A stretch of DNA of 64,000 nt, taken from contig CBDBDQ010000005.1 of the NCBI GenBank assembly GCA_965203905.1, positions 576,001 to 640,000 of the forward strand. The letters are read 5' to 3'. Positions within the stretch are counted from its first letter, which is position 1; each line of letters starts with the position of its first letter. Shown piece after piece: positions 29,672-38,971 of this stretch. The notes under the pieces were generated by a model. It made no database searches, was not told the origin of the DNA, and was given only the letters and a program-made list of their open reading frames with translations. This DNA comes from Spirochaetia bacterium. GTDB lineage: Bacteria > Spirochaetota > Spirochaetia > SZUA-6 > Bin103. A program made the position numbers and the translations under genes.

Positions 29672-30712
29672 ATGACACCCGCGCCGCCCCGTCCACGCGT
29701 GCTGCTGACCACCCAACCGGGGTGGGACGTGGCCGTCACCGCGGAGTTGCGCACGCTGGGCGTGCCGGGGCGCTTCCCGGTTCGCCATCGCGGCTCGTCG
29801 GTGCTGGTCCCGGACCTGCGCCGCACCAGCCCCGCGGCCCTGTCCACCCCGGCCGTGGCGTTTCGGATCCTGCTGGGTGCCGTGGCGGCGCGCGGTGCAG
29901 ACGCCGTGTCCACCCTGCTCGGCGCATTGCGCACGGCGGCGCTCAAGCAGCCGATAGTCGAAGCGCTGCAGGGCAGTGCCCGGCGCGGCCTGCGCCGCTA
30001 CTCGATCGCCACCGAGGTGTACGGCCGTACCTCGGCGAACCGTAAGCAACTCGCGGCTTCGGTCGAGCGGGCGATCCTGACCGCCTTCCCGCGCTGGCAG
30101 CGGGCGCCGGAGGCCGGGGCGCGTTTCCTGTGTAAGGCGGACCCCGAGTACGCCGTCCTGGCGCTGCAGACTGCCACCAATCTGTCCGCGGACCCGGGGC
30201 TTCGGGCGGGGTCGTTGCGGGAGCACCTCGCCGCCTCCCTGCTGGTGCTGGCAAGAGCCGCTCCGGGCAGCGCCGTCTTCGATCCATTCATGGGCACCGG
30301 GACGATCCTGAAGGTGGCGGCGCAACGCTTCGGCGTGCAGTCCTGCTACGGCCTGGAGGTCTCGCGCGACGCCTTCCTGACCGCTCGGCAGCGGCTGTCG
30401 GGTACGCCGTCGCATCTTTTCAATGCCCGCTTCGAGGAGTTCGACCTGGACCGGTTGCCGGAGCCAACGCGGCTGGTAGCCAACCTCCCCTTCGGCCACC
30501 GCTTCGTGCGCGCTCCCTCGCACCCGCTCATCGGGCTGGTCGAGGGACACCCGTTCGCCGGCCGCCACGTCGCGCTGCTGATGTCCCGCGAGCAGGCCAG
30601 GCAAGTCGCGGCCGCAACCGCGCTGCGGGCACGCAACGTCCTGGTGCTCGGTCAGCCGGCCGCGATCCTCTCCGACTCGCCCTTCGCCGAACCCAGCCGC
30701 ACCAAGCGTTAG
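29672..30712 (+). CDS. THUMP/UPF0020-type RNA methyltransferase-like protein
   Basis: SLREHLAASLL, DPFMGTGTI, ANLPFG. Confidence 0.8.
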   Translation: MTPAPPRPRVLLTTQPGWDVAVTAELRTLGVPGRFPVRHRGSSVLVPDLRRTSPAALSTPAVAFRILLGAVAARGADAVSTLLGALRTAALKQPIVEALQGSARRGLRRYSIATEVYGRTSANRKQLAASVERAILTAFPRWQRAPEAGARFLCKADPEYAVLALQTATNLSADPGLRAGSLREHLAASLLVLARAAPGSAVFDPFMGTGTILKVAAQRFGVQSCYGLEVSRDAFLTARQRLSGTPSHLFNARFEEFDLDRLPEPTRLVANLPFGHRFVRAPSHPLIGLVEGHPFAGRHVALLMSREQARQVAAATALRARNVLVLGQPAAILSDSPFAEPSRTKR

Positions 30713-31378
30713 TCAGGTCAGCGCCGCAGTGGCCAGCCAGCGATTCACCTGCTGCACCGTGACGCCGTCAAGCGAGTCGACGACCCGGTCGGCGTGATCG
30801 AACGGCCACCCGCGCGTGACGTCGTTCGGCACCGCCACCGTGTAGATCCCGGCCGCCTTGGCCGCCTGCGCCCCGTTCGGCGAATCCTCGAACGCCACCG
30901 CCTCGGCGGCACTCGTCCCCAGGCCCTCCAGGACCGCCAGGTAGACGTCCGGCGCCGGCTTGGTGTGCTGCACGTCGTCGCGGCAGCGCACGGCAGTGAA
31001 CGAGTCCAACAGACCGATGCGCTCCAGACGCGCGTCGACCCAGAGATGGGAGGAGGACGATGCCACCCCGAGCCGCAGCCCGGCCGCAACCGCCGCTGCC
31101 ACCAGCTCCGCCACGCCGGCGCGGGCACCAAGCAAGGCGATGGTGCGGCGATGCCTGACGCCCAACTCGTTTCGCTGCGCGGCGATGTCGACGCCGGGAC
31201 CGACCACTTGCTGCAGATGTCCGTACGGATCGAGGTGAGACCCCACACAGCGACGCCACAGCGCAGTCGGAAGCTCGACGCCATGGCGCGCATACAATTC
31301 GCGTGCGAGCTCGAACGAAGAACTCTCGGTGTCGACGATCAACCCGTCGAAGTCGAATACCAGGGCACGCAGCGCCAT
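30713..31378 (-). CDS. HAD-IA phosphatase
   Basis: FDFDGLIVDTE, ASSS, KPAPD, FEDSPNG. Confidence 0.93.
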   Translation of the reverse strand: MALRALVFDFDGLIVDTESSSFELARELYARHGVELPTALWRRCVGSHLDPYGHLQQVVGPGVDIAAQRNELGVRHRRTIALLGARAGVAELVAAAVAAGLRLGVASSSSHLWVDARLERIGLLDSFTAVRCRDDVQHTKPAPDVYLAVLEGLGTSAAEAVAFEDSPNGAQAAKAAGIYTVAVPNDVTRGWPFDHADRVVDSLDGVTVQQVNRWLATAALT

Positions 31379-31470
31379 TTCTCTGGCGGCGATCTTACCG
31401 GGTCATGTCATACGTGGGACAGGCAAGACCCCGCGGGAGGCAGGGGGGCAGGAACACACCCCCGTCGGCG

Positions 31471-33285
31471 TCACTTGCCGCCCGAAGGGGTTTTCCACAA
31501 CCGGGAGAATTCGGCCGTGTCGCGCAGTTCCGGTTGCGTCCCGATCGCCTCGACCCTGCCATCGCGCAGCACCACGATGCGGTCCGCGACCGTGAGCAGC
31601 GCCCTGCCGGTGCCGCTTACCACGCACAGGGCGCCCTCGCGCGCCAGCAGCCTTACCTGACGGAGGTATTCCTGCTCGGTGGCGGGATCGAGGGCACTGC
31701 ACGGGTCGTCCAGAACGACCAGCGGCGCGTGGTGGAAAAACGCGCGCGCCGACGCGAGTCGCTGCCGCTGACCGCCGGACAGCCTGGTCCCCGCGGCGCC
31801 GACCACCGTCGCGACGCCGTTCGGCAGCGCCGCGACATCGGGCGCCAGCACGGCGGCCTGCAGCGCCGCGTCGACGGTCGGATCGTGCACGCCGGTGCCG
31901 GCGCTGTGCTCCAGCCTGACGTTCTCGCGGATCGAGACGCTGAACAGGTGCGGCTCCTGCGGGATGTAGGTGCACACCGGCCAGCGGAACCAGGAGGCCG
32001 GGTCGAGCACCACTTCGCCGTTCCACAGGATCGTACCGCTCTCCAGCGGCGCCAGTCCCAGGAGCGCCTTGAGCAGCGTCGTCTTGCCGGCGCCCACCCG
32101 GCCGGTGACCGCTACCAGCTCACCCGCGCGGAGGGTAAAGTCGACAGCTCCGGGGGGTGCGGACGGATCAGCCCGATGACTCACCCGTAGGTTGCTGAGT
32201 CGTAGTTCCTGCAACGGCTCCAGACCCGACACCGGGACGCCCCGGCGAGCGGGCCGTGCCGAGCTGCTGGGGCCTGCCGCTGCATCGCCCGCTCGGTCAC
32301 GGACCACCCCAAGTGGACGGGCGGTCTCGCTCCAGTGGCCACGGGGCCTTGCGCCACTCAACGCGCCGATCCTGCGCCACGAGACCCGTGCCTGCCGGTA
32401 TTGCAGCAGCAAGCCGCCGAACTCCGCGGAGAACTCCCCCAGGAAGGTGAGGTAGTAGGCGAACAGCGCGAAGTCTCCGACCGTGAAGTCCCCGGTGCGC
32501 ATCGCCGCGGCGGCAACGGCGAGAACCAGCCCGCTGCCGATGGTCGAGGTGGCCGCGAACGCCGACCGGATCGAGCGCTCCAGCAACTGGTCCCGGATCG
32601 CCCACCGGGCACGCTCCGCGTCGAGCCGCGCCAGCCGCCCGGCGGCGGACCCCTGCGCGCCGCCGAGCTGGATCGTCTGCCACGCCGACAGGACGTTGAC
32701 CATGAAGCCGGTGGCATCCGCAGCGGCCTGCCGGGATCGGGTTCGTGCTCGGTCGACCCGGCGCCGGGCGAGCTGACTCACCACCAGGACCAGCGCAAGC
32801 GGAGCGACGGCGACCGCGGTGATCAACGGATCGATCCGCGCCATTACAAACAGCGCAATCGCGGTGAAGATCACGATGCTGATCTGGTCGACCGCGGTCG
32901 CCACCAGAGCCGCCAGCACCGGCGGGTCATCGCGCGCGGTAGCCAGCGCGGCGCCGATCGAGGGCTGCGCCGCAACCGGCTTCCGGTGCAGGAGCGCCTC
33001 CAGGATGCCTCGGCGCAGAGCATTTGCAACGTGGAACCGCAGGCGAGCGCTCGCCACTGCCGTAGCCATGATGATCCCCGCAAACCCGGCGGCGAACACC
33101 AGAAGCAGCAGCACCCAGCGTCCGGCCTGGCCAAATGCCTGCTGCTCCAGGGCGTCGAAGAAGCGTTTGACGATCAGCCCGGGAGCGAGTTCGGCCAGAG
33201 ACTGTGCCAGCCACAGAGCCAGACTCAGGGCCACGACGCCGGGGCGGGCGCGGACGAATCCCCGAAAATAGGCAAGGACGCTCAC
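31471..33285 (-). CDS. ABC exporter (TMD+NBD)
   Basis: GRVGAGKT, LSGGQRQR, VLDD; GTG start overlapping the upstream TGA. Confidence 0.92.
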   Translation of the reverse strand: MSVLAYFRGFVRARPGVVALSLALWLAQSLAELAPGLIVKRFFDALEQQAFGQAGRWVLLLLVFAAGFAGIIMATAVASARLRFHVANALRRGILEALLHRKPVAAQPSIGAALATARDDPPVLAALVATAVDQISIVIFTAIALFVMARIDPLITAVAVAPLALVLVVSQLARRRVDRARTRSRQAAADATGFMVNVLSAWQTIQLGGAQGSAAGRLARLDAERARWAIRDQLLERSIRSAFAATSTIGSGLVLAVAAAAMRTGDFTVGDFALFAYYLTFLGEFSAEFGGLLLQYRQARVSWRRIGALSGARPRGHWSETARPLGVVRDRAGDAAAGPSSSARPARRGVPVSGLEPLQELRLSNLRVSHRADPSAPPGAVDFTLRAGELVAVTGRVGAGKTTLLKALLGLAPLESGTILWNGEVVLDPASWFRWPVCTYIPQEPHLFSVSIRENVRLEHSAGTGVHDPTVDAALQAAVLAPDVAALPNGVATVVGAAGTRLSGGQRQRLASARAFFHHAPLVVLDDPCSALDPATEQEYLRQVRLLAREGALCVVSGTGRALLTVADRIVVLRDGRVEAIGTQPELRDTAEFSRLWKTPSGGK

Positions 33286-35027
33286 GCCATCTCTCCCCGC
33301 GCGAGGAACGCGGCTACGCGGCTCTCGCGGGCAGCTTCCAGTCGGGACCGTGGGATACGCTCGACGATGGCGCCGCGCTCCAGCAGCGCAACGCTGTCCA
33401 CCAGGTCGAGCGTCGAGCGCCGGTGGGCGATCACCAGGCCGGTGCGGCCGCGCAGGAGCTGCGCCAGGGCACCGCGTACCAGCGCCTCGGTGGCCGGGTC
33501 GATGCGCGCCGCCGGCTCGTCCAGGATCACCAGGCTCGGCTCGCGCAACAGGATGCGGGCGATCGCCACGAGCTGCCGCTCGCCGGAGGACAGCTCGCGG
33601 CCACCGGGCCCTATGACCGTGTCGACGCCGTCCCCCAAGCCCCGCAACCAGGTACCGGCCGCCAGGCGCTGGAAGGCGCCCGCCACCGCCGCTCCCGACA
33701 CCGAGTCGTCGAACAGGGCAACGTTGTCGCGCAGGCTCCCCGGCACGATCTCGGTCTCCTGCGGCAGCATCGCTACTCGTTCCCGCAGGTGCCCGCTGCC
33801 GAGATCGCCCACCGCCACCTCGCCGAGGCGTACGCTTCCCTCCTGCAACTCGGTCATCCGGACCAGCAGGCGGGCGATGGTCGACTTCCCGCCGCCGGTG
33901 CTGCCCACCAGTCCCAGCACCGTCCCCGCCGCCAGCTTGAAGCTGGCCTCCCGCAGCACCGGGGCACCCGCAACGTAGGAAAAGCGTACGCGGTCGAACT
34001 CGACCGAGCAGGGACCTGCCGGCAGGCGAGCGGCGCCGTGGAGTGCGGCGTTTACCTCCGACAGCAGTTGGTCGATGCGGGTCAGGGCGGCCTGTGCCTG
34101 CTGGAGCTGCTGCATCTCCGTGCGCAGCGCGGACAGCGGCCCCCGGATCAGCTCGCTGTAGCGATACACCAGCCACACGGTGCCGAGGGTCAGCAACCCG
34201 GCCCGATGCAGCCCCGCCGCGACGCTCAGCCCCACCGCCATCCCGCCGATGAACAGCAGCGTGTTGACCAGGGACAGCGCGTGGCCGGCCACCTCGGCCG
34301 CGACCTCGCGCGGCAGCCACCGCGCCAGCACCCGCTCGAAGCTGGCACGGAGATAGCGCTGTCCGGCCAGCGGCCGCAGCTCTTCCACGGCCTGGAGCCA
34401 CTCGCTCAGCCGCCCGAAGAAGGCAGCGCTCGCCGCCCGGCTGCGGGCGAAGCGCGGCACGCCCCAGGCACGGACGCGGTCCACCACCACCGCACCCACC
34501 ACCGCGAACGCCGCCACCGCGACCCCGACGCGCCAGTCCTCAAGCAGCAGCACCACCACGATGCCGCCCGTCATCAGCAGGTTGGCGGCCAGCTCCGGCA
34601 GCAGGTCCGACAGCAGACGGCCCAACCTGGCAACGTCGCCGTCGATGCGCTCCAGGAGGGTGCCCGGAGTGGACCGCGCGAAGAACGAATGCCCGAGATC
34701 GACGGTATGGCGAAACAGCATGCGCCGCAGGCTGTTCATCGCCTGCCAGGCCAGCACGGCGCCGGCGTGGGAACGCACGATCTCCAGCCCCGAGCCGGCC
34801 AGGGCGACCCCGATGAACAGCGCCGCCACGCCCACCAGCCGCTCGACCGCGGCACCGGCCTGCGCCAGATCGAGGAACGCCCGCACCACCAGCGGGCTAG
34901 CCACCTGCAGGCCCGCCCCGGCGACCAGCGCGGCGACCACCACCGCGACCCACCCGCGCCGCCCCCGCGTGTGGCCACGGACGAGGGTTACATACTGCGC
35001 AAAGCCGGCGCCGGAGGACCGTCGCAT
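33282..35027 (-). CDS. ABC exporter (TMD+NBD), probable heterodimer partner
   Basis: GSTGGGKS, LSSGERQ, ILDE. Confidence 0.92.
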   Translation of the reverse strand: MRRSSGAGFAQYVTLVRGHTRGRRGWVAVVVAALVAGAGLQVASPLVVRAFLDLAQAGAAVERLVGVAALFIGVALAGSGLEIVRSHAGAVLAWQAMNSLRRMLFRHTVDLGHSFFARSTPGTLLERIDGDVARLGRLLSDLLPELAANLLMTGGIVVVLLLEDWRVGVAVAAFAVVGAVVVDRVRAWGVPRFARSRAASAAFFGRLSEWLQAVEELRPLAGQRYLRASFERVLARWLPREVAAEVAGHALSLVNTLLFIGGMAVGLSVAAGLHRAGLLTLGTVWLVYRYSELIRGPLSALRTEMQQLQQAQAALTRIDQLLSEVNAALHGAARLPAGPCSVEFDRVRFSYVAGAPVLREASFKLAAGTVLGLVGSTGGGKSTIARLLVRMTELQEGSVRLGEVAVGDLGSGHLRERVAMLPQETEIVPGSLRDNVALFDDSVSGAAVAGAFQRLAAGTWLRGLGDGVDTVIGPGGRELSSGERQLVAIARILLREPSLVILDEPAARIDPATEALVRGALAQLLRGRTGLVIAHRRSTLDLVDSVALLERGAIVERIPRSRLEAARESRVAAFLARGEMA

Positions 35028-35060
35028 GCCCCAACCAATGGGGTGGCGCGGTTTACCCGG

Positions 35061-35525
35061 TCAACGTGCGTGTCCAAGTCGCTCATGCAGCTCCCGCAGA
35101 GCTGCCCGGTTGGACTGCCAATGCAGACGCTCCGTGCAGTCCACGAAAGAGAGCCACTCGGCCCGCGTGTGTTCCGGCGACAACCTGATCGGCAGACGCT
35201 CGGCATTTACGGCGAAGCAGTACTCGGGAATCTCAGTGAGGTTCGGTGGCCAGTAGCGTCGCGCACGAAAATGGTGCGCCGGAACGGACGCAACCGTCTG
35301 CAACTCAAGATACTCGGTGTCCTGCGGGATTCCTGCTTCCTCTTCGGCTTCCCGCCGTGCAGCTTGGTGCTTGCTCTCGCCTCTGCTACCGCCGCCTGCA
35401 ATGAACTGCCACACGCTCGAATCTGCACGTAGGAATACCGCGTATTCGATACGCGTCGCAATTCGGCGATATGGGATAACGAGAACCTGAAACGGCATCC
35501 TGTCGCGATCGCCGAGATCTCCCAT
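35061..35525 (-). CDS. NUDIX pyrophosphatase
   Basis: PFQVLVIPY, WQFIAGGG..E..AARREAEEEAGI, LSPEH. Confidence 0.9.
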   Translation of the reverse strand: MGDLGDRDRMPFQVLVIPYRRIATRIEYAVFLRADSSVWQFIAGGGSRGESKHQAARREAEEEAGIPQDTEYLELQTVASVPAHHFRARRYWPPNLTEIPEYCFAVNAERLPIRLSPEHTRAEWLSFVDCTERLHWQSNRAALRELHERLGHAR

Positions 35526-35606
35526 CCGTCGCCCATTACCGAGTATGGCGGCGCGACCGGCGCTTACGCAATTGAGCCGGCAATCCGAGATCGCTAACCT
35601 GTCCTG

Positions 35607-36350
35607 GTGCGGCGCTGGCGCAGTCCTGAAGAGCTGGCGGAGATCGGCCTTTCGCGGAGCCGCGTGCTGATGGTGAACGAGGCGCATGACCACCTGAGGC
35701 GCTGCATCCGCACGCGGCGCGTCGGCGCCAGAATGATCGAGCCGGCGCATGCGGCAGGGACGCGGCATCTGGCCGTGGAGGCATTCACTCTCCAATTTGC
35801 CGCGACCGCGAACCGCGACCGGCGCCTCGGATCTGGCGATGGCTACCTGGCGCAGCCCGAACTGCGCGATCTGATGACGGCGGCGCTGGAGTTCGGCTGG
35901 TCGCTCATCGCATACGAAGCCGACGTGCCGCTGGGAGATCCCCACTTGATGCCCACCGCGAACCAGCGGCAAACCCAGCAAGCCCACAACTTGGCTGCCG
36001 CCTTCGGGCGTCTGTCCGCCGGCGCCAAGCTCATGGTCTGGTGCGGCTGGTCACATCACTTCAAACGATCTCTCCGACTGCCTGACGGCAAGGTCGAGTT
36101 CATGGGATCGCGGTTCCGGCGCGCGGCCGGGGTGACGCCGTTCTGTATCGACCAATGCCTTACCGTTCGTCTCAACGCAGCGCACCGCCACGAGCCAGCG
36201 CTGGTCAAGCGCCATCGCCGTGCGCTGGAGCGCCTTGGCGGTACGGCCGGGTTCCTGGTCGGGTTCGGTGGCGTCCGGTTGAAGCGGATGCCCTGGGCGG
36301 GACGCGGGGTGGACGCGGTCATCCTCTCGCTCCACAACGAGATGCAGTGA
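35607..36350 (+). CDS. Hypothetical protein, ChaN/EreA/TraB-like fold
   Basis: LMVNEAH, LAVEA, QQAHNL, VWCGWSH, FCIDQ. Confidence 0.7.
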   Translation: MRRWRSPEELAEIGLSRSRVLMVNEAHDHLRRCIRTRRVGARMIEPAHAAGTRHLAVEAFTLQFAATANRDRRLGSGDGYLAQPELRDLMTAALEFGWSLIAYEADVPLGDPHLMPTANQRQTQQAHNLAAAFGRLSAGAKLMVWCGWSHHFKRSLRLPDGKVEFMGSRFRRAAGVTPFCIDQCLTVRLNAAHRHEPALVKRHRRALERLGGTAGFLVGFGGVRLKRMPWAGRGVDAVILSLHNEMQ

Positions 36351-36413
36351 CAGCCGGGACGTTCCCACACGGCTCTCGAGAACGTGGGTTTCTTTCGCCA
36401 ACTCCCACAGCGG

Positions 36414-36520
36414 ATGATCCTGTTCGGCGAGGTCCACGGGACCAACGAAGCTCCCGAGCTGGTCAGCGCCGTGACCTGCGAGCTTTGCCAAGGGAGGAGC
36501 CTCGGTGCTGCTCGCACTGG
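36414..36520 (+). pseudogene. Fragment of an EreA/ChaN-like hydrolase
   Basis: MILFGEVHGTNEAPELVSAVTCEL, then the frame breaks. Confidence 0.5.
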
Positions 36521-36534
36521 ATGGCGCGCTCAGT

Positions 36535-36951
36535 CGGCTTGGTCGTAAGCCGGTCGCCAAAAGGGTCAACAGGACCTTGGCGCGCATCGACGATGTGCTG
36601 CGCAGGCGCTGGTACCACGACATCTGGGAGGTCGGGAGATGGCCGGGGGCGGGTCTGTGAAGGCTGGCTCAACTACTTTGCCGTCCCGGGGTCGAGCCGG
36701 TTCATCCGTGCGTTCCACCGCAGGCTGCAACCTGTGTGGATGCGGGCGCTACGGCGGCGGTCCCCAGCGCGCGCGTTCAGTTGGAGGCGGCTGGCCCGCA
36801 TGGCCGAAATCCTGTGGCCACGCGCGTCCATCCGCCACCCATGGCCGGACCCGCGGTTTGCCGTCAATCACCCGAGGTAGGAGCCGGATGGTTGAACGAC
36901 GACGTCCGGATCTGAGCGGGGGTGCACAGCAATGAGCATTCCTACCGCAAC
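36535..36951 (+). mobile_element. Group II intron 3' remnant 1: maturase (domain X) tail plus domains V and VI
   Basis: RLGRKP..; GWLNYFAVPG..W.RALRRRS..HPWPDPRF*; then GAGCCGGATG..ACGTCCGGATCTGAGCGGGGG..CCTACCGCAAC. Confidence 0.9.
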
Positions 36952-36952
36952 T

Positions 36953-36990
36953 GACGGGCGGGGCTCGGTAACGACCCCGCCTACTCGGGC
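36953..36990 (+). mobile_element. Group II intron domain VI-like remnant 2
   Basis: GGGCGGGGCTCGGTAACGACCCCGCCTACTCG hairpin with a CCTACTCG 3'-end signature. Confidence 0.6.
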
Positions 36991-37084
36991 AGCGAACCCT
37001 GCCGCTTGAGGAACCGTGTGCGTCAATCGCGCTCGCGCGGTTCTGTGGGGGCCTGGGGTGGGTAACCGTCCTGGGTTACCGGAC
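36991..37084 (+). mobile_element. Group II intron 3' remnant 3 (maturase tail ANPAA*, DV, DVI)
   Basis: GAGGAACCGTGTGCGTCAATCGCGCTCGCGCGGTTCTGTGGGGGCCTGGGGTGGGTAACCGTCCTGGGTTACCGGAC; homolog on the minus strand at 53860-53941 plus 58099-58118. Confidence 0.85.
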
Positions 37085-37182
37085 ACCCCGGCGCGCACCG
37101 ATCCTCGCTGTCCATGCTGAATCTCTGCACAATTATTGTAAAGCATGGATTTACGTTCCCACGCATTCTACAATCGATCGGT

Positions 37183-37413
37183 CCATTCGCGAAATGGCGA
37201 ATTCTTTATTAGTTACGAGACTGTTACGCGAATTCGTGAATCTGACAGATCGATTTCCATCTCATTGCTCTACGATGGTGGCTGTCTTCATCAATTTGTT
37301 TTAGAGAGAGGATCTACTAACGTTGGTTCTATAGTATGCCGAGGTGACGGGTCTATCGCGAATTCGCGAACTTCAGAGTACACACTATAGTAATTACGCG
37401 AATTCGCGAATTC
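37183..37413. repeat. Low-GC segment with five GCGAATTC units, including CGCGAATTCGCG palindromes
   Basis: Copies near 37197, 37228, 37358, 37398 and 37406. Confidence 0.7.
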
Positions 37414-37499
37414 ATGACAGAAACTTCGGTGATTAGGCGAAGATTTTGGGGCGGATTCCAGCTTGACGTCGCTGCGTCCAGTCGGGCATGGTGCAACCT

Positions 37500-37731
37500 G
37501 TGAGTGCCGAGGCAGCCGCCATAGTTGGCGTCGGCGTGGCCCTGCTCGCCGTGCTCGTGCCGCTGATCCTGACCCTGCGTGGCCGTGTAGTAGCTACGCC
37601 GCGACCTGCACGCCCTGGCGGAGCGCGTTGCCCGCATCGAGGGTGCGCTGACCGGCCTGTGGCGGCCCACCAACGGCTCGCCTGGATCGGTGGAGCCCCA
37701 GGGCGGCTCCCCGGAGAGCACCGGCGAGTGA
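37500..37731 (+). pseudogene. Small TM/coiled-coil protein, frameshifted
   Basis: SAEAAAIVGVGVALLAVLVPLILTLRG; the C-terminus ERVARIEGALTGLWRPTNG..* is in another frame. Confidence 0.6.
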
Positions 37732-37744
37732 CCCGCCACTTCCG
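37650..37744. repeat. Degenerate direct repeat, copy A (partner 38881-38971)
   Basis: gaccggcc..cccaccaacggctcgcctg..agggcggc..gtgacccgccacttccg in both copies. Confidence 0.88.
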
Positions 37745-38834
37745 CCGCCGGAGCACACACAGAAAGCGCGCCCGATTCCTCGGATCGCTATTGCTCGCGG
37801 CAGTCGTACTGCTGCTTTCCTGCGAACAAGGGCCCGGAACACAGGGGCCGAAGGGTGACCCAGGCGACACCGGGGCGACCGGACAGCAAGGACCTCAGGG
37901 GCCGAAAGGCGAACCCGGCGAGATGGGGCCGCAGGGCGAAACCGGCCCGCAGGGGCCGAAAGGTGACCCCGGCGACCCGTTGAACTGGGCCGATGTGCTG
38001 TCCGAAAGCGGAATATCCGACGCCATCTACAGCGTTGGTGTGACCCTGGCTTCGAGTACCTCCCGCTACAACTATGTTGTCGGCTCCGCTTTTGCTGCGT
38101 ATTACTCAACCGGCGTCTGGACGAATGCCCATGTAGCTATGTTGATACGCTACTTGGAAGAGGAAGTATCAGGCTGGACCGTAACGCCGTTTGTGGCGAA
38201 GTCAGGAACCCTTATAGGGGGCCCGGATACTTACACGCAAAGGTATCAGATCTTACACCCATACTATGACGGAACAACAGCGTCACCCGATATCGCCTTC
38301 ATCGGGATCGATGAATCTCTTCCGCAGTTAGCCGAGCTTCTGCCTCGCCGCTTCGTCACTGAGCTACAAGTAGGACAGCCAATTGCTTCGATCGGTTTCC
38401 CCGGCGAAACGACTTCCAGACACACCCGTTACGTAATATCAACTTTCAAGGAAGGCACCATTAGTGCACTCCGACCGTACCTGCTATCGACGCAGCCAAG
38501 TCCAGAGAACAACAGAATCCTACAACACAATCTGGACACGACAGGAGGCGTGAGCGGTAGCGCGATCTTCGACGCTAACGGGTGGGTTGTAGGAGTCGCC
38601 CATGCGGCCGCGGGCGAGTGGGTTACAGGCGCGAATGGCGAGCCGGTGCTTATCAGGACAGGAGCAATCGGATTAGCCATCAGAATTGACGAAGTGTGGA
38701 CCGCGATTGACCTTTGGGAGCAACAACGCTCCGCGACCGGAAGCTACCCAACACGACGAACAGCGCCGCCCACTAACGGTACCACCCGACCAGTTACCAT
38801 GCCTTCCCAAAGCCTGGAAACGGCAAAACAATAA
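37728..38834 (+). CDS. Lipoprotein with collagen-like (G-X-Y)16 repeat and trypsin-like serine protease domain
   Basis: GTG start overlapping the upstream TGA; basic N-region and LLLSC lipobox; TNAHV, PDIA, GGVSGS triad. Confidence 0.85.
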   Translation: MTRHFRRRSTHRKRARFLGSLLLAAVVLLLSCEQGPGTQGPKGDPGDTGATGQQGPQGPKGEPGEMGPQGETGPQGPKGDPGDPLNWADVLSESGISDAIYSVGVTLASSTSRYNYVVGSAFAAYYSTGVWTNAHVAMLIRYLEEEVSGWTVTPFVAKSGTLIGGPDTYTQRYQILHPYYDGTTASPDIAFIGIDESLPQLAELLPRRFVTELQVGQPIASIGFPGETTSRHTRYVISTFKEGTISALRPYLLSTQPSPENNRILQHNLDTTGGVSGSAIFDANGWVVGVAHAAAGEWVTGANGEPVLIRTGAIGLAIRIDEVWTAIDLWEQQRSATGSYPTRRTAPPTNGTTRPVTMPSQSLETAKQ

Positions 38835-38880
38835 GCGTCGGACACCCACCTTTCCGGGCGCGCCACCGTACGGTGGTGAG

Positions 38881-38971
38881 GACCGGCCCTGGCGTCCCAC
38901 CAACGGCTCGCCTGCAGTGGCACCCAAGGGCGGCATCCCGGAAGCCACCGCCAAGTGACCCGCCACTTCCG
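38881..38971. repeat. Degenerate direct repeat, copy B (partner 37650-37744)
   Basis: The duplicated GTG start is followed by a stop after six codons. Confidence 0.88.

Noticed and set aside
31471-34401. 976-aa ABC ORF
   Set aside because: The N-terminal third is an alternate-frame shadow of the upstream ABC gene; the real start is GTG 33285
37488-38834. Single 448-aa ORF as called in the track
   Set aside because: Better explained as a frameshifted small membrane gene plus a lipoprotein starting at GTG 37728
38862-38885. CCACCGTACGGTGG palindrome resembling class C intron DV
   Set aside because: Too short and lacks the rest of DV/DVI; may be a simple hairpin
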